From: Ginglymostoma cirratum | Lineage: Eukaryota | Direction of reading: 5' to 3' | Length of the DNA stretch: 64,000 nucleotides | Assembly: GCA_024137785.1 (NCBI GenBank) | Contig: JAHRHZ010000085.1 | Coordinates: 14,360,609-14,424,608 of the forward strand | Part shown: piece by piece, positions 1 to 12,546 of the stretch | Layout: each line of letters opens with the position of its first letter | How positions within the stretch are numbered: the first letter of the stretch is position 1 | Position numbers and translations under genes: made by a program | The notes under the pieces: model-generated | Told to the model about the DNA's origin: nothing | The model's database searches: none | What the model saw: only the letters and a program-made list of their open reading frames with translations

Positions 1-400
1 TTTGTCCATGTTGGAACCAAGGCTTCATTGAAGTCAGGAGGTGATTGGCCCTGGCGGAACCCAAACTGGGCATCACCGAGAAGGCTATTAGTGAGCTGGT
101 GCTGCTTGATAGCACTGTTGATGACACATTGCATCACTTTACTGATGATTGAAAATAGACTGATGGGATGGTAATTGGGCAGGTTGGATTTGACATGCTT
201 TTGTGTACAGGACATACCAGGGCAATTTCCACATTGTCAGGTAGATGCCAGTGCTATGACCGTGCTGGAAAGGCTTGGCTGAGGGTTTGGCAAGTTCTGA
301 GTACAAGTCTTCAGTATTTTTGCTGGAATGTTGTCAGGGCCATTGGCTTTGAAGTATCCAATGCTTCCAATCATTTCTTGATATCACATGGAGGGAATTG
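1..400 (-). mobile_element. CR1/L2-group LINE reverse-transcriptase fragment
   Basis: Minus-strand translation reads NYHPISLFSIISKVMQCVINSAIKQH...LLGDAQFGFRQG, the RT domain 1-2 pattern. Confidence 0.75.
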
Positions 401-409
401 AAGTATTGC

Positions 410-2110
410 AGAAAATAGGTTATGGTGTAAGCAGCATGCTGGCATTTATAGAAAATTGGCAGGCTAACAGGAAGTAGAAAGTAGACATATACTTTTTTTT
501 CTAGGTTGGCAAAACATAATGTGGTGTTCCATAGTTACTGTTGCTGGGACTTCTTCTGTTTATTCTTTATATCAATGACTGAGATGAAGGGGCAAAAGGT
601 ATGGTTACCAAATTTGCTGATGACACAAAGATAGGCAGCAAAGTAAGTTGCGACAAGGATATAAGGAGTCTTCAAACAGATATAGACAGTTTAAGTGTGT
701 TGCCAAAGGGTGGCAAATGGAGAGTGGGAAAATACGAAATTGTCCACTTTGGCAGAAAAATGAAAAAGCACCACATGATGTAAGTGGTGAGAGGTTGCAG
801 AGCTCTGAGATGCAGCGAGATCTGTGTGTCATTGTGTATGACTCGTAAAATGTTAGTATGCAGGTGCAGCAAGTAATCAGAAAAGCTAATAGAATGTTAC
901 CATTCATCACAAGGGAAACTGTGCAGAAACTGTAGAAAAATCCTCGTTCCAGCTGGTACACTGGCCCTCTCCCACAACTCTCTTCTCGGTACATCGATGG
1001 CTGTTTCTGTGCCACTTCATGCTCCCACCTGGACATTGAAAAATGTTCATTTTGCCACTAGTTTCCACCCCTCTATAACTTTCACATTGTCCATTTCCAA
1101 CACTTTCCTTGATCTTTCCATCTCCACTGTCATCCACCACAAAGCCACGGACTCCCACTGTTACCTTCACCACAGCTCGTCACAGCCCACATCGCTACAA
1201 GGACTCCATCCCATTCTCCCAGTTCCTTCACCTATGTCGCATTTGTTTGGATGATACTACCTTCCAAAGCGGTGCTGCTGACATGGTTACCCACTGTTAT
1301 TGACAGGGCCCTCAACCATATCCAACCTATCACCCGTGATTCCACCCTTGCCCCTTCCCATCACTCACAACAGCGTTATCAGGACCCCCTTGTCCTCACT
1401 TTTCATCCCACCAGTCTCTGCATTCAAAGGATCATTTCAAACAACTCCAGCAGAAGGTCACCAATAAACACATCTTCCCCTCACTCCCCCTGCCTGCATT
1501 TCACAAGGATTGTTTCCACTGGGACACCCTAGTCCAGTCCTCGACCACCAACACCAGCCCCTTCTGATGGCACCTTCCCATGTAAACCGCAGAAGGTGCA
1601 ACACCTGCCCCTTCACCTCCTCCCTGCTCACCATCCAAGGGCCTAAACAGTCTTTCCAGGTGAAGCAGCATTTCACCTGTACCTTCTGAACTCTGGGTCT
1701 ATCATCAATGGAGTTTAGAAGGATGAAGGGAAATCTAATTGAAACTTACAAAATACTGAATAGCCTGGACAGAGTGGATGTTGGGAAGATGTTTCCATTA
1801 TAAGAGTGACTAGGAACCGATGACATACCCTGAGAGTAAAGGCAAGACCCTTTAGAACGGACATAAGGAGAAACTTCTTCAGCCAGAGAGTGGTGAATCT
1901 GTGAAATTCACTGCCACGAAGGCTACGGAGGCCAGGTCATTGAGTATATTTAAGACAGAGATAAGATAGGTTCTTGATTGTCAAGGGTTATGGGGAGAAA
2001 GCGGGAGAATGGAGTTGAGAAACTTATCAGCCATGATTGCATGGCACAGCAGACTCACTGGGCCGAGTGGCCTAATTTCTGCTCCTATACCTTATGGTCT
2101 TATGGTCTAA
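410..2110 (+). mobile_element. CR1 LINE 3' fragment, split by a Penelope insertion
   Basis: KFADDTKIG at ~610; GNLIETYKIL...DRVD after 1700; ends in a (cttatggt)2 tail near 2090-2107. Confidence 0.85.
925..1690 (+). mobile_element. Penelope-like element fragment (RT C-terminus to pre-GIY-YIG cysteine region)
   Basis: Degenerate LRYID, FLDLSI, DSIPFSQFLHLCRIC, PLVLTFHP and CNTCPF...QGPKQSFQVKQHFTCT motifs; homologous to 54350-55805. Confidence 0.8.
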
Positions 2111-2225
2111 AGCATTTGTGTGATCCTTTCTCGGGGGATAATTAACGTGAAAATGTTATCAACAGGTGGACAATGTAACATTTTTATTCCAGCATGTTTC
2201 ATTACTGCATTGAGAAAATACTTAC

Positions 2226-2367
2226 CCATCTGAAATTGGCAGTTACCTTCAAAGTGCCACTGTGACTCATTTTGATTACAGCAACCTTGACACTTAGAAA
2301 TACAAAAGTTTTACTGTCCATTGGAACATCAATTTTTATCAGGATCTTGTGTTGATGAGACATCAGG
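2226..2367 (-). CDS. ADGRG1: ADGRG1/GPR56-like adhesion GPCR, coding exon 4 (GAIN region); gene continues beyond window start
   Basis: Acceptor tgtctgtttgtcctccAG, donor TGG|GTAAGT; 142 nt, phase 2 to 0. Encodes LMSHQHKILIKIDVPMDSKTFVFLSVKVAVIKMSHSGTLKVTANFRW, alignable by eye to GPR56 [26 protein letters not shown] (recalled). Could be a paralog within the ADGRG1/3/5 group. Confidence 0.75.
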
Positions 2368-4011
2368 CTGGAGGACAAACAGACAGTTAACATTGGACTG
2401 GATAAGAAACACAGGAATTCACACACTGGCGTAGATATATTTTGTATGATTGTGGAACACTGGGAATAAAAGTTGAGAGATGGTTTTACGAGATTGCAGC
2501 AGGTCAACATCAGCCTTTGGATTGCTTCTGTGACTGGATTGCTGATGGAAGCTATGGCAAGTTACAGCTGCAATAATTCCATCTTTTTGCTTCTCCTGGG
2601 TAAGCTGTACCAAAAAATTTACTTTATCACACCTCACTTGTCATCGTGATACAGTGTATACCTATGCTGTGGTGTAAAATACTTACATTCACCTTAAATG
2701 TAAATTTGCAAGCATAACCATACCCTAAGATACGCCACATTAAAAATTCTTGTTTAGTTTGGAAATAAACTACTTTGAATTTGAATCAAATTTTCCTACA
2801 AAATATTTGAAAGTCCTTTGCAGCTTCAAGCTCAACATTACCCAAATTTCCTGTCCTCTGCGATTTGCATATTTCAGTAGGATAATAACAGAAACCTATG
2901 TAAGTAAATTCTTGCAAACCATTTTATATATTCATCATGTCATTAAAGTTGGGGGAAGATTTGATAGAAATGTTCACAGTCATGAGGGGTTTGGATAGCT
3001 TCACAGCAGGAGGCTTGAGAACCAGTGTATAGCTTTCCTCTGATTGCCACTGCTTGTTCCTCAAGGTACTACCACCTTTATTAGTCTGTGGCACAGGGTA
3101 AGGTTTGTTTGTGGTAGTTTGTTGCCACCAATCATCTAGACTGTTTTTGTTTTGTTTACTTGTGGGAAGTGGGAATCACTGCCTGGCCGAGTTTTCATTG
3201 TCCACCACTAGTTGCCCTTGCGAAGGTGGTGGTGAGCTGCCTTGTTAAACCGCTGCAGTCCACCTGCTGTAGTTTGACCCACAATGTCCTTCGGCAGGAA
3301 ATTCCAAGAATGTTTCTAAGGCCTTATCTTGTGAATCGCAGGACAGAATACGCCACTGCTGAGTCTTTACAGAAGAGGTACTGAATTAATGATGACTTGT
3401 TTCATTGTTAACAATCATTACAATATACAACGCTTGTCAGCCATAATTAACAGGACTCTCAGAATCTCTACCAAATACATCTGCTCCTTGCAAGAACTAG
3501 TGTTGACCTTGCTGTAACAACCACAAATTGGGTGAGACATCATCAGAATACAGCTTAATGTGGCATGAACATTATCTCCTTCAGAACCATTACCTTATAC
3601 ATTTTTTTAATAACATCTCAGAACAGGTTATTACACACCTCTGGAACAGGAGGGACCGGAATCCAGGACTCTTGGCCAAGAGGTAGGGACGCTGCCACTG
3701 TGCCACAAGACCCATTGTACCTTATACAACATACAAGGCAATGATTAAAAGGCAATTGGTGAAAAAAGCAATAGTGAGGTGAGGAAACTTCTGTTATTCA
3801 CCAAATGTTTAGGATCCGGACTGTACTTCCTGTGAGTGAGACTTCACCTACCACTTTGTATGACATAGTGTGCATCAGTTACATGATGCATCGCAACATC
3901 TTGCCATAGTTTCAGCACCTCACAAATCTGAAAACTCCTAGAGGGTCAAGGGCAGCAGGTGATTGGGAACACCATCAACTCCAAACTCCCCAGCAAACTC
4001 CACCTGGGAAA

Positions 4012-4189
4012 TACAAGGTGTAGAGCTGGATGAACACAGCAGGCCAAGCAGCACCTTCTTCAGAAGAAGGGTCTAGGCCCGAAACGTCAGCCTTCCTGCT
4101 CCTCTGATGCTGCTTGGCCTGCTGTGTTCATCCAGCTCTACAGCTTGTATATCTCAGATTCTCCAGCATCTGCAGTTCCTACTATCTCT
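4012..4189. mobile_element. Short Penelope terminal-repeat hairpin insertion with 14-bp TSD
   Basis: Inverted partial copies of the repeat ending the Penelope at 55680-55805; flanked by ctccacctgggaaa at 3998-4011 and 4190-4203. Confidence 0.8.
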
Positions 4190-4479
4190 CTCCACCTGGG
4201 AAACATATTGCGGTTACTTCATCAATGTTGGGTCAAAATCCTGGAATTCTCTCTGTAAAAGCCCAGTGAGAATAGCTTCACTCTCCAGACAGTACAAACA
4301 TCTCTGCACCACCTTCTAAATTAGGCAAGTGTAGTAAATGCTGGCCATGCCAGAGTTACCCAAATCCCACAAGGAATTTCAAGAACAATATTGCTGTAAG
4401 TTTTCCTTTGTTGATGGTTCAAATGTAATAATTTAAGTATTCACCATAATATAGGTGTTAGGTTTAGTTCAGAGGTACC

Positions 4480-5612
4480 ATAGAGTATTTGGGTTGTACA
4501 GCACAGAAACAGACCCTTCAGTCCAACTCATCCATGCCAACCAGATATCCTAAATTAATCTAGTCCCACTTGCCAGAATTTGGCCTAAACCCCTTTGTTT
4601 ATTCATGTACCTATCCAGATACCTTTTAAAATGTTGTAGTTGTACCAGCCTCCACCACTTCCTCTGGCAGCTCATTCATACACGCACCATCCTCTGCGTG
4701 AAAATGTTGCCCCTTAGGTCCCTTTTAAATCTTTCCCTCTCACCTCAATCATATGCCCCCTAGTTTTGGACTCCCCTACCCTGGGGAAAAGACCTTTGCT
4801 ATTCACCTTATCCATGCCCCTCATGATTTTATAAACTTCTATAAGGTTACCCCTTAGCCTCCGACACTCCAGGGAAATTAGCCCCAGCCTATTCAGCCTC
4901 TCTCTTTATATCTCAAGCCCTCCAACCCCAGCAACATCCTTGTAAATCTTTTTTGAATTCTTTTAAATTTAACAATATCTTTCCTATAGCAGGGAGACCA
5001 GAATTGAACAAGGTATTCCAAAAGTGGCCCAACCAGCGCCCTGTACAGCTGCAACATGACCTCCCAACTCCTATACACAATGCACAGACAAGTGCATACT
5101 AAATGCCTTCTTCACAATCCTATCTACCTGTGACTCCAATTTCAAGAAACTGTGAACCTACAACCCAAGGTCTCTTTTATCGGCAAAACTCCATGTTATT
5201 TAAGTCCTGCCTTGGTTTGCCTTACCAAAATGCAACACCTCACATTATCTAAATTGAAGTCTATCTGCCACTCCTCAGCCCATTGGCCCATCTGATCAAA
5301 GTCTCATTGTACTCTGAAATAACCTTCTTCACTGTCTTCTACACCACCAATTTTGGTGTCATCTGCAAACTTGTTAACCATACTTCCTATATTTACACCC
5401 AAATTATTTATATAAATAACAAAAAGCAATGGGCTCAGCACTGATCTTTGCGGCACACTGTCGGTCACAGGCTTTCAGTCCAAAGAACAACCTTTCACCA
5501 CCACCTCCTATCTCCTACCTTCAAGTGAATTTGGTATCCAAATGGCTAGTTCTCCCTGTATTCCATGTGATCTCACTTTGCCAACCAGTCTACCACGTGG
5601 AACCTTGTTGAA
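4480..5612 (-). mobile_element. CR1 LINE 3' portion
   Basis: Minus ORF LQLYRALVGPLLEYLVQFWSPCYRKDI; KFADDTKIGG near 5350-5370; typical 3' UTR. Confidence 0.9.
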
Positions 5613-5789
5613 CCACTCTTAGAAAGCTGCGTGTTCAGGCTGCAGACAACAGTCTTAATACAAAACCTGAGCTAACACAATTGTTAAAAGCAGGAATAGG
5701 CCACTTGGCCCCTCAAATCAGCTTCACCATTTGATATGATTATAGCTAATATAGTTAAGATTGCATTTTACATAGTTTAAGGGGGGGAA

Positions 5790-6740
5790 GAGGTGTGGGT
5801 CCAAGACTACCATTTTGAATTTAAACAAGGGCTATTATAAGGGCATGGATGTAGAGCTAATGAAAGTGAGCTGGCAACTTAGATTAAGGTGTAGGTCAAC
5901 AGAGATATAAATGCAAACATTTAAAGGGATATTCCAGAAAGTGCAGAATAGATACATTCCAATCAACAAGAAAAATTCTAAAGGATGGATCCAGCATCTG
6001 TGGTTAAGTAAAAATAAGTCAAAGATTGGATCAAAATCTAAGAAAACACATATAGTTGTACAAAGATCGGTGGCAGGTCAGATGATTGGAGAGAATATAA
6101 ACCACAGCAAAGAATTACAAGAAGATTAATGAGGAAGGAAAGTACAAGAGAAAATTAGCCAAAAATATAAAAACAGTTCTTTTCAGATATTGAAAAATAG
6201 AAAATAGTTTTAAAAAGTGTTGGTCTGATTGAAATTGAGTCTGAGAACCCTCAACAGAGGTTAAGGGGATGTCAGACAACTTGAATAAATATTTTGTGTC
6301 AGTCTTCTCTAGAGATGAGCCAAGTAACTTCCTGGGAAAATAGTAAATGAGGAATCGAAAAAGAGGAAGGATCTCAAGATAATTACAATTTACCAGGGAA
6401 GGAGTTCTGACCACTACTGAGTTGGAACTGCGAGTTGGCAACTCCCCAGGTTTTGATGGATTTTATCCTAGGGTCTTGAAAGAAGTAGCTAGTGAGATAG
6501 TTGATGTATTGCTTTCAATTTTCACAAACTCATTAGATTCAGGGAAGACACCTTTAGATTGGAAAATAATGAATGTAACTCCTTTATTCTTAAAGGGAGG
6601 GAGGAAGCAGAAACCTACAGGCCACTTAGCTTAATATCTGTGATAGCTTCTAACATCTTCCCTATCATTAAAGATGTTATAACGAGGCACTTGGATAAGT
6701 TCAAGGTCAATAGAGAGAGCCAACATAAAATTGATCATGG
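5790..6740 (+). mobile_element. CR1 LINE ORF2 central fragment
   Basis: SPGFDGFYPRVLKEVA...WKIMNVTPLFLKGGR; YRPLSLISV. Confidence 0.85.
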
Positions 6741-7269
6741 ATTTGGAACTGGACTAAATTAGTGGAATGCACTGTTCACGTACGTTTGTGGTGGGAATAT
6801 AAATTAGAGGGTGCCTGAACACATTTCCAATGTATCTTAAACGAGTTCCTTTTCTTTGAGATATTTATTGAAATTAACATATCACATGAACTGGAAAGAA
6901 CGATGATACATTGTATTGGCCTGTGCAGGAACTTGAAACTGGATGAACGATGCTCACAGGTCATGTTTCTTAAGTTACAGAAAAACAGAAAGACCAAGAA
7001 TGACTCTTAAATTTTCCAATCCCTCTTCCAGCCTATGGAGTGTGTCTGTGTTGTAGCTAAAGTAACTAAAAAGTTTGAAGAATGTTGCCTCTATCTCGAG
7101 GTACATCTCTCTTTCTTGGAAAAACCGGGCTGTTTCTAAGCTGGAGGACCTCTTGTTGGACTGTCAGGTTTGGTGTCAGTTTCAAGTCCAGCCATTCACT
7201 AGAATGTGCCCTTTCTGGACTATTATCTTTAAAAACACTTTTTCTCAACTTCCAATTTTTAACACTTAC

Positions 7270-7414
7270 CAGTTTGAAATGCACTTGTTGCATCCCTTCA
7301 TGTTTCTTTTGGGAAGGAACATTGTGCAGCAAGCGCCATTTAGTTTCATTAGCTCTATCCTTAAGAATTCAGTCAATCTGAATATTTGAACTTTGCAAAG
7401 AGTCCATGGTGATT
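7270..7414 (-). CDS. ADGRG1: ADGRG1-like coding exon 3 (PLL-GAIN linker / GAIN helix)
   Basis: Acceptor tttttttctattAG, donor TG|GTAAGT; 145 nt, phase 1 to 2, joining both neighbours in frame. ESPWTLCKVQIFRLTEFLRIELMKLNGACCTMFLPKRNMKGCNKCISN; CxxxxxxLxxFL resembles GPR56 MCELKRDLQLLSQFL. Confidence 0.72.
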
Positions 7415-7534
7415 CTAATAGAAAAAAATTTAATATATTAGGAACAATTAGCAGTAATTTGAATTCTAATGCAAACATTATGAATAAATTTAACAAATCA
7501 TTTAAAGGAGAATACATCGACTAATGTAAGACCA

Positions 7535-8085
7535 GAGTTATAGACTCAGAGTCAAACAACATGGAAACAGACCTTTTGATCCAACTAATCCACGCTGACC
7601 ACATGCCCAAACTAAACTGGACCCACCTGCCTGCGTTTAATATCCCTCCAAACCTTGTCTATTCATGTACTTATCCAAATGTCTTTTAAACATTGGAACT
7701 GTAGCTGCATTCACCAATTCCTCTGGCAGTTCATTCTTCATACCAACTGCTCTCTGTAATTAAAAAAAAGTTGCCCCTCGTTTCCATTTTAAATCTTCCT
7801 CTTCTCACCTTAAAAATACGCCCCTAGTTTTGAACTCTCCACCCTGGGAAAAAGACTCTTGCCATTCACCTTAACTATGCCCCATATGATTTTACGAACT
7901 TCTATAAGGTCACCCTTCAACCTTCTATGCTCCAGTGAAAAAAGTCTCAGCCTATCCAGCCTATTTTTATGACTCAAACCCTCCATTCCTGGCAACATTC
8001 TGGTAAATCTTTTCTGAACCCTCTCCAGTTTAACAATGTCCTTCCTATAACAGGGTGAAAAGAAGTGCACACTTTACTCCAGAAG
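7535..8085 (-). mobile_element. CR1 LINE 3' end
   Basis: SPCYRKDIVKLERVQKRFTRMLPG...LKGDLIEV. Confidence 0.9.
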
Positions 8086-8089
8086 GGGC

Positions 8090-10510
8090 CTCACCTTTGG
8101 CCCATTGCCAGTACCTGTTAATGGCCATCTTGGCCAGGCCCAGGAGCAAAGCCGCAAGAAGGCTCCTAGACTTGCCTGCCCCTCCCTGTGCTGGGTGCCC
8201 ATAGATAAGGAATGTGGTGCTGAAGTGCAACCAAAATCTTAACAACAGCCCCCTCAAATAACTAAAAAAGGGCTGCAGATGAATGCACTCGAGGCCACAG
8301 AACATGCTTGTAGTCTGGCCACCGGTAAACTTGCTCACTCATCAGTTGCATGGGCCCACCACGTGCAGCACTCTTCACCCCAGATTCCCCAATGTAAGAG
8401 GGGACAACCACTTCGTAGAGGGCCCTCCACTTGGGATCTCTGCCGCCACAGGGCAAAACATTACGCCAAGTCATGTCCAGGTAGTGGGCGAAGGCATAGC
8501 AGTGGAGAGTATGCAGGTTCAACCCGTACAAATAACGCCTCTGTGCCGTTCAAAAGGGTGCCGGGAGGATATCCCTGAGATGGCTCAGATTGTGGGGCAG
8601 CCCGTCATGGGGCCAATGTCATATTCCAGAAGGACAGGGATCAGTTTGTCCAGATGACCACCGCGTGCCTGAGCTGCCTTGAGCGCACGCAGGTGTCGGG
8701 GCTGAGTGCCTTGTCCATCAGGCTCAGGATGGCTAAGGCCGCGACCTGGAGGTGGACTGACACCCTGACCGCCAACTACACCAGCGTTATCCGGCCAGCT
8801 CCTCTGTCATTCAGCCCACGGTCAGCCCTGCATCCCGAGCACTCTCCTCTCTCGGCCAGCACTAACTGGGCTCAAGCAGGAACCTGTTCCTGGACAGCGG
8901 CTCCCTGACAAGAGCTGCCACTCCCATAGGGGGAAAAGCTCCGGTGTGGGCCAACTGTATCCCAGACTGTGGTCAAGTCCAGGTAGAAGACAGGAAGAAG
9001 ACCCAAAGCCAGGGCCTCTCTATGATCAGGAACTGTGAGCTGTAATGGAGGCCACACACCTGATGGAAGAAATACATCAGCAGGGCGCACCTCCTTGGGA
9101 GAAGGCTCAACCTAAAGGTATTGCTGCAGGGTCTGAAGGTGGAAAGTTGCTACCTGGGTGTGAAGGCACACCAGAGCCTGTCCACACTCCTCAAATGGGA
9201 GACTCAGAACCGCAGCTGCAACCCAGTGTTGCCCTTTGTCCCAACAAAACTCAACAGGCTTTCTCCGGACAGTGGTGACAAAGCCAAGGGGAGGGACCAA
9301 AGTGACCAGCCGGTACCACAACATGGTGGCCAACAGCTGGTTTATGACCCGCACTGGCACCCTGTAGGACCATGCTCTGAACTGTCCCATCCAGCATGCT
9401 AGGCGAGTTTCCAACTTGTGCTAATTCTCCAGCCGGGATTCCTCAGCAGGGCAAAGGTGGGCTCCTAGGTAGAGGTGGTGAGTGGTACTCCACGTGAAGC
9501 ATCGGACTTCCTCTGGCAGGGGGTCTGTCTGCCACGGACCAAGCTGAAGTCCCAAACACTTGCTCCAGTTGGTCCTTGTGGAGAACACCACAGAGTAGAC
9601 CTCCTGGCACTCGCGCATCCTCTGTAGATGAGCTGGCTCTGTGAACACGAGGAGCGCATTGTCAGTATACACTGAAAGAACCACCTCCAGCCCTGCCCTG
9701 TGCAGAATCAAACCCGGCAGCTGCAGATGCAAGAGGCGCAGAAGTGTCTCCACGCAGAGATAGGGGGCAGCCCTGATGTACTCCTCTCCCAAAGCATAGG
9801 AGCTCTGTCACAGACCCGTTAATCCTCAGTAGACACTCCGCAGAGGTGTACAGAAGTCGGATCCAGGCGACAAAGTGCGACGCGCACCCGAAAGCTTGCA
9901 GAGTCTCGAGCAGCTATTCGTGATCCACTCTGTGAAACACTCTTTCCCGACCGAGGGAGAGAAAGGCACTCGACAGGCCAGCCCTCTGGGAATAATGGAT
10001 CACGTCCCAGACAGGATGGATGTTGTCTTGGCTGCTTCAGCCCGGGATGGTGTTATCAGTACTGGACTCCCCTAGCCCCTCTGACCCGGAGGAGGGGCGC
10101 CTTATCCGGGAGGGTGAGGACGCAAGAGACATCTCCATCTCTCCACTGTCCCCCGCCCTCCATCCCCTTCAACCTTCCTCCCTTTCTTTCCTGTCGCAAT
10201 TTTCAGGTCAGGCGAGGGGTTAGGGGTAACTGGGGGGACACCACCTATTCACTCATGTGAATATCATCGACAGGCCCTGGGCCGGGGGAGAAGGAACTCG
10301 GATGGTATAAAGAGTGGGCTGTTAGATAAAGTGACCCTCGAACAACCACCTCCAGAGGGTCAACAGGCAAGAACGTCCCACCAACAGTAAGCCCATTCTC
10401 CAGGGTGAGGTGTACTATCTGTTCAGTCTTCAGGGACAACACTGCTTTGCCACAGATCTTCGATCCACAACAATGGTAGGGGTGCCAACTACCCCTGCCA
10501 AGGCCGCTCA
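8090..10510 (-). mobile_element. Tx1/L1-clade non-LTR retrotransposon, internally deleted and frameshifted
   Basis: RT motifs (VDHE*LLETLQAFG...WIRLLY, GVHQGCP, SVYTDN), INQLLATMLWY, LLGLAKMAI; ORF1-like LKTEQIVHLTLENGLTVGGTFLPVDPL at 10350-10440; no endonuclease domain seen. Confidence 0.8.
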
Positions 10511-11439
10511 GTGGTCAGTCCCTTAGGCAGCCATGTTCTGATCCGCTATCCAACCCAAAAGTCCAAACAATAGTTCTCCAAAGCCCAAAGGCGACAGCTC
10601 AGGCCCCAAACTGTCATTGTCCAGGCCCGAGTCCCCCGGCTAAAGAAAGGAGTCCAGGATCTGGGAAAAAGCCTCCCCAGCAGCAGGCAGAAAAGTCCAG
10701 GCTCCAGGAACGGGCCCTCCTAGGCACTGGCTGGGGAGATATACAGGACACCAGACTTCTCACAGCGGTAGCAGCCGCAAATCCCAAACTCAAGTCCTTC
10801 CAGGCAAGCAGGCCCCAGCCTCTATGCCTCAATCAGCTCCAGCTGCTCCCAGTTGCAGCAGATGTTGCCCATTCCAGCCTCCGAGTTCCAATTCCAGCAG
10901 CAGCAGCAGAGTGCAACCTCCCAGTACACTGCCCTCTACAGCGAGAACAACCTTCCACCAGGTCCAACCTCTATGTCCCACCTTAGAGTTAATTTTGATT
11001 GATTGATTGAATGGGTTTTTTTGTTACGTGCGTTCAATGTAAAATACAGTGGAGTGTTTGTACCATCGCCATGAATCGGTGCCATTGTCATCAACTTAGA
11101 ATAAAAAAAAGGATAACTTAAAGAGAGCCCAACTTTCCCTTCTCCACCGCCACAGTCCCACCAGCCTATGCCACGCTATTGTCCCCGAGTCTCATTCTGG
11201 GCTACACCAGCCCACTCCATTCTGCTGCCCCAGAGTGCCAGGCCGGCTGTCCTGTTGCCATGCTGCCTCTGAAGATGGAGCCGCTCTGGACCCCATCGAA
11301 GCTGCCTCCCTACCGAAGAGTTCTCCATAGAAGGTACGTTTAAACAAAAACTGTGAAGAGGTGGAGGAAAGAAAATGAAAGGAAAAGGTGGATGAAGAGC
11401 ACAAGTCCAGGCACAGGAGCCCTTTCACTGCCTGCTCTG

Positions 11440-12546
11440 CTGCCATCATCCTGTATGTTTTGTAACCAATTAGCTAGCTCAACCCAAATCCCGTGTGATC
11501 TAACTTTACAAATTAGCGTACCATGCGGAATCTTATCAAAGGCTTTACTAAAGTCCAAGTAAACAACATTTAACGCTCTTATTGACTATAAGATCCCTGA
11601 TTGGGGCTGTTAAACTGGGCTAATCAGGGAGCCCTGGCTGACGGATATAAACAGGAGTCTCAGAAAGTGTCCTCCCTCTAGGAACTGGCTCTGAGCTGGC
11701 TGGTCAGAGACCACTTACGGTGCATATGTAGTTAAAGGGTGTCTTTAACATCAATTTTTTTGGTTACTTCCTCAAAAAACTGAATCAAGTTTGTGAGACA
11801 TGATTTCCCTCATACAAAACCATGCTGACTATCCCTAATCAGCCTTGCCTCTCCAAATGCATTTAAATCCTAACTTTCAGAATCACCTCCAACAACTTAC
11901 CCACCACCGATGTCAAACTTACAGGTCTATAGTTGTCTGGTTTCTCCTTACAAACTTTCTTAAACATTAGTCACTCTCCTGTCTTCAGCACCTCACCTAT
12001 GATTATTGAAGATACAAATATTCCTGCCTTGCAATTTCCTCCCTAATTTTGCACAACGTTCTGAGATACGCTAGATCAGGTCCCAGAGATATATCAGTCG
12101 TAGCAAAAACTGCAGATGCTGATATCAGAATCAGTACAGTGTGGAGCCGGAGGAACACAGCAGGTCAGGCAGCATGAGAGGAACAGGAAAGTCGACATTT
12201 CGGGTTTACACCCTTCACCAGCCTTTGTCTGACCTGCTGTGTTCCTCCAACTCCACACTGTATTGACCCAGAGATTTACCCACCTTTGTGTTTCCTAAGA
12301 CATCTAGCACTTCCACTTTGAAATGAGATCTATTTTCAAAACATCAATATTTACTTCGTTGGGTTCTCGAGCCTCCATTTCCTTCTCCACAGTAGAAACT
12401 GATGCAAAATATTCATTTAATATCTCTCCCATCTCCTGAGGTTCAACACAAAGACGACCTTGTTGATCTTTAAGGGGCCCTGCTTTCTGTCTATTTGCTC
12501 TTTTGCACTTAATGTATTTGTGGAATCTCTTTGGATTATCCTTAAC
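11440..12546 (-). mobile_element. CR1 LINE RT fragment interrupted by an inverted LTR piece and a Penelope hairpin
   Basis: LDFSKAFDKIPHG; continues as CLTNLIQFFEEVTKK on the far side of the 11581-11745 insert. Confidence 0.85.
11581..11745 (+). repeat. 165-bp inverted copy of part of the adjacent Gypsy LTR
   Basis: Reverse complement of 12582-12746 with only two mismatches seen. Confidence 0.9.

Noticed and set aside
2419-2637. 72-aa minus ORF adjacent to the GAIN exon
   Set aside because: Intronic; the exon chain is phase-complete without it and it has no recognisable domain.
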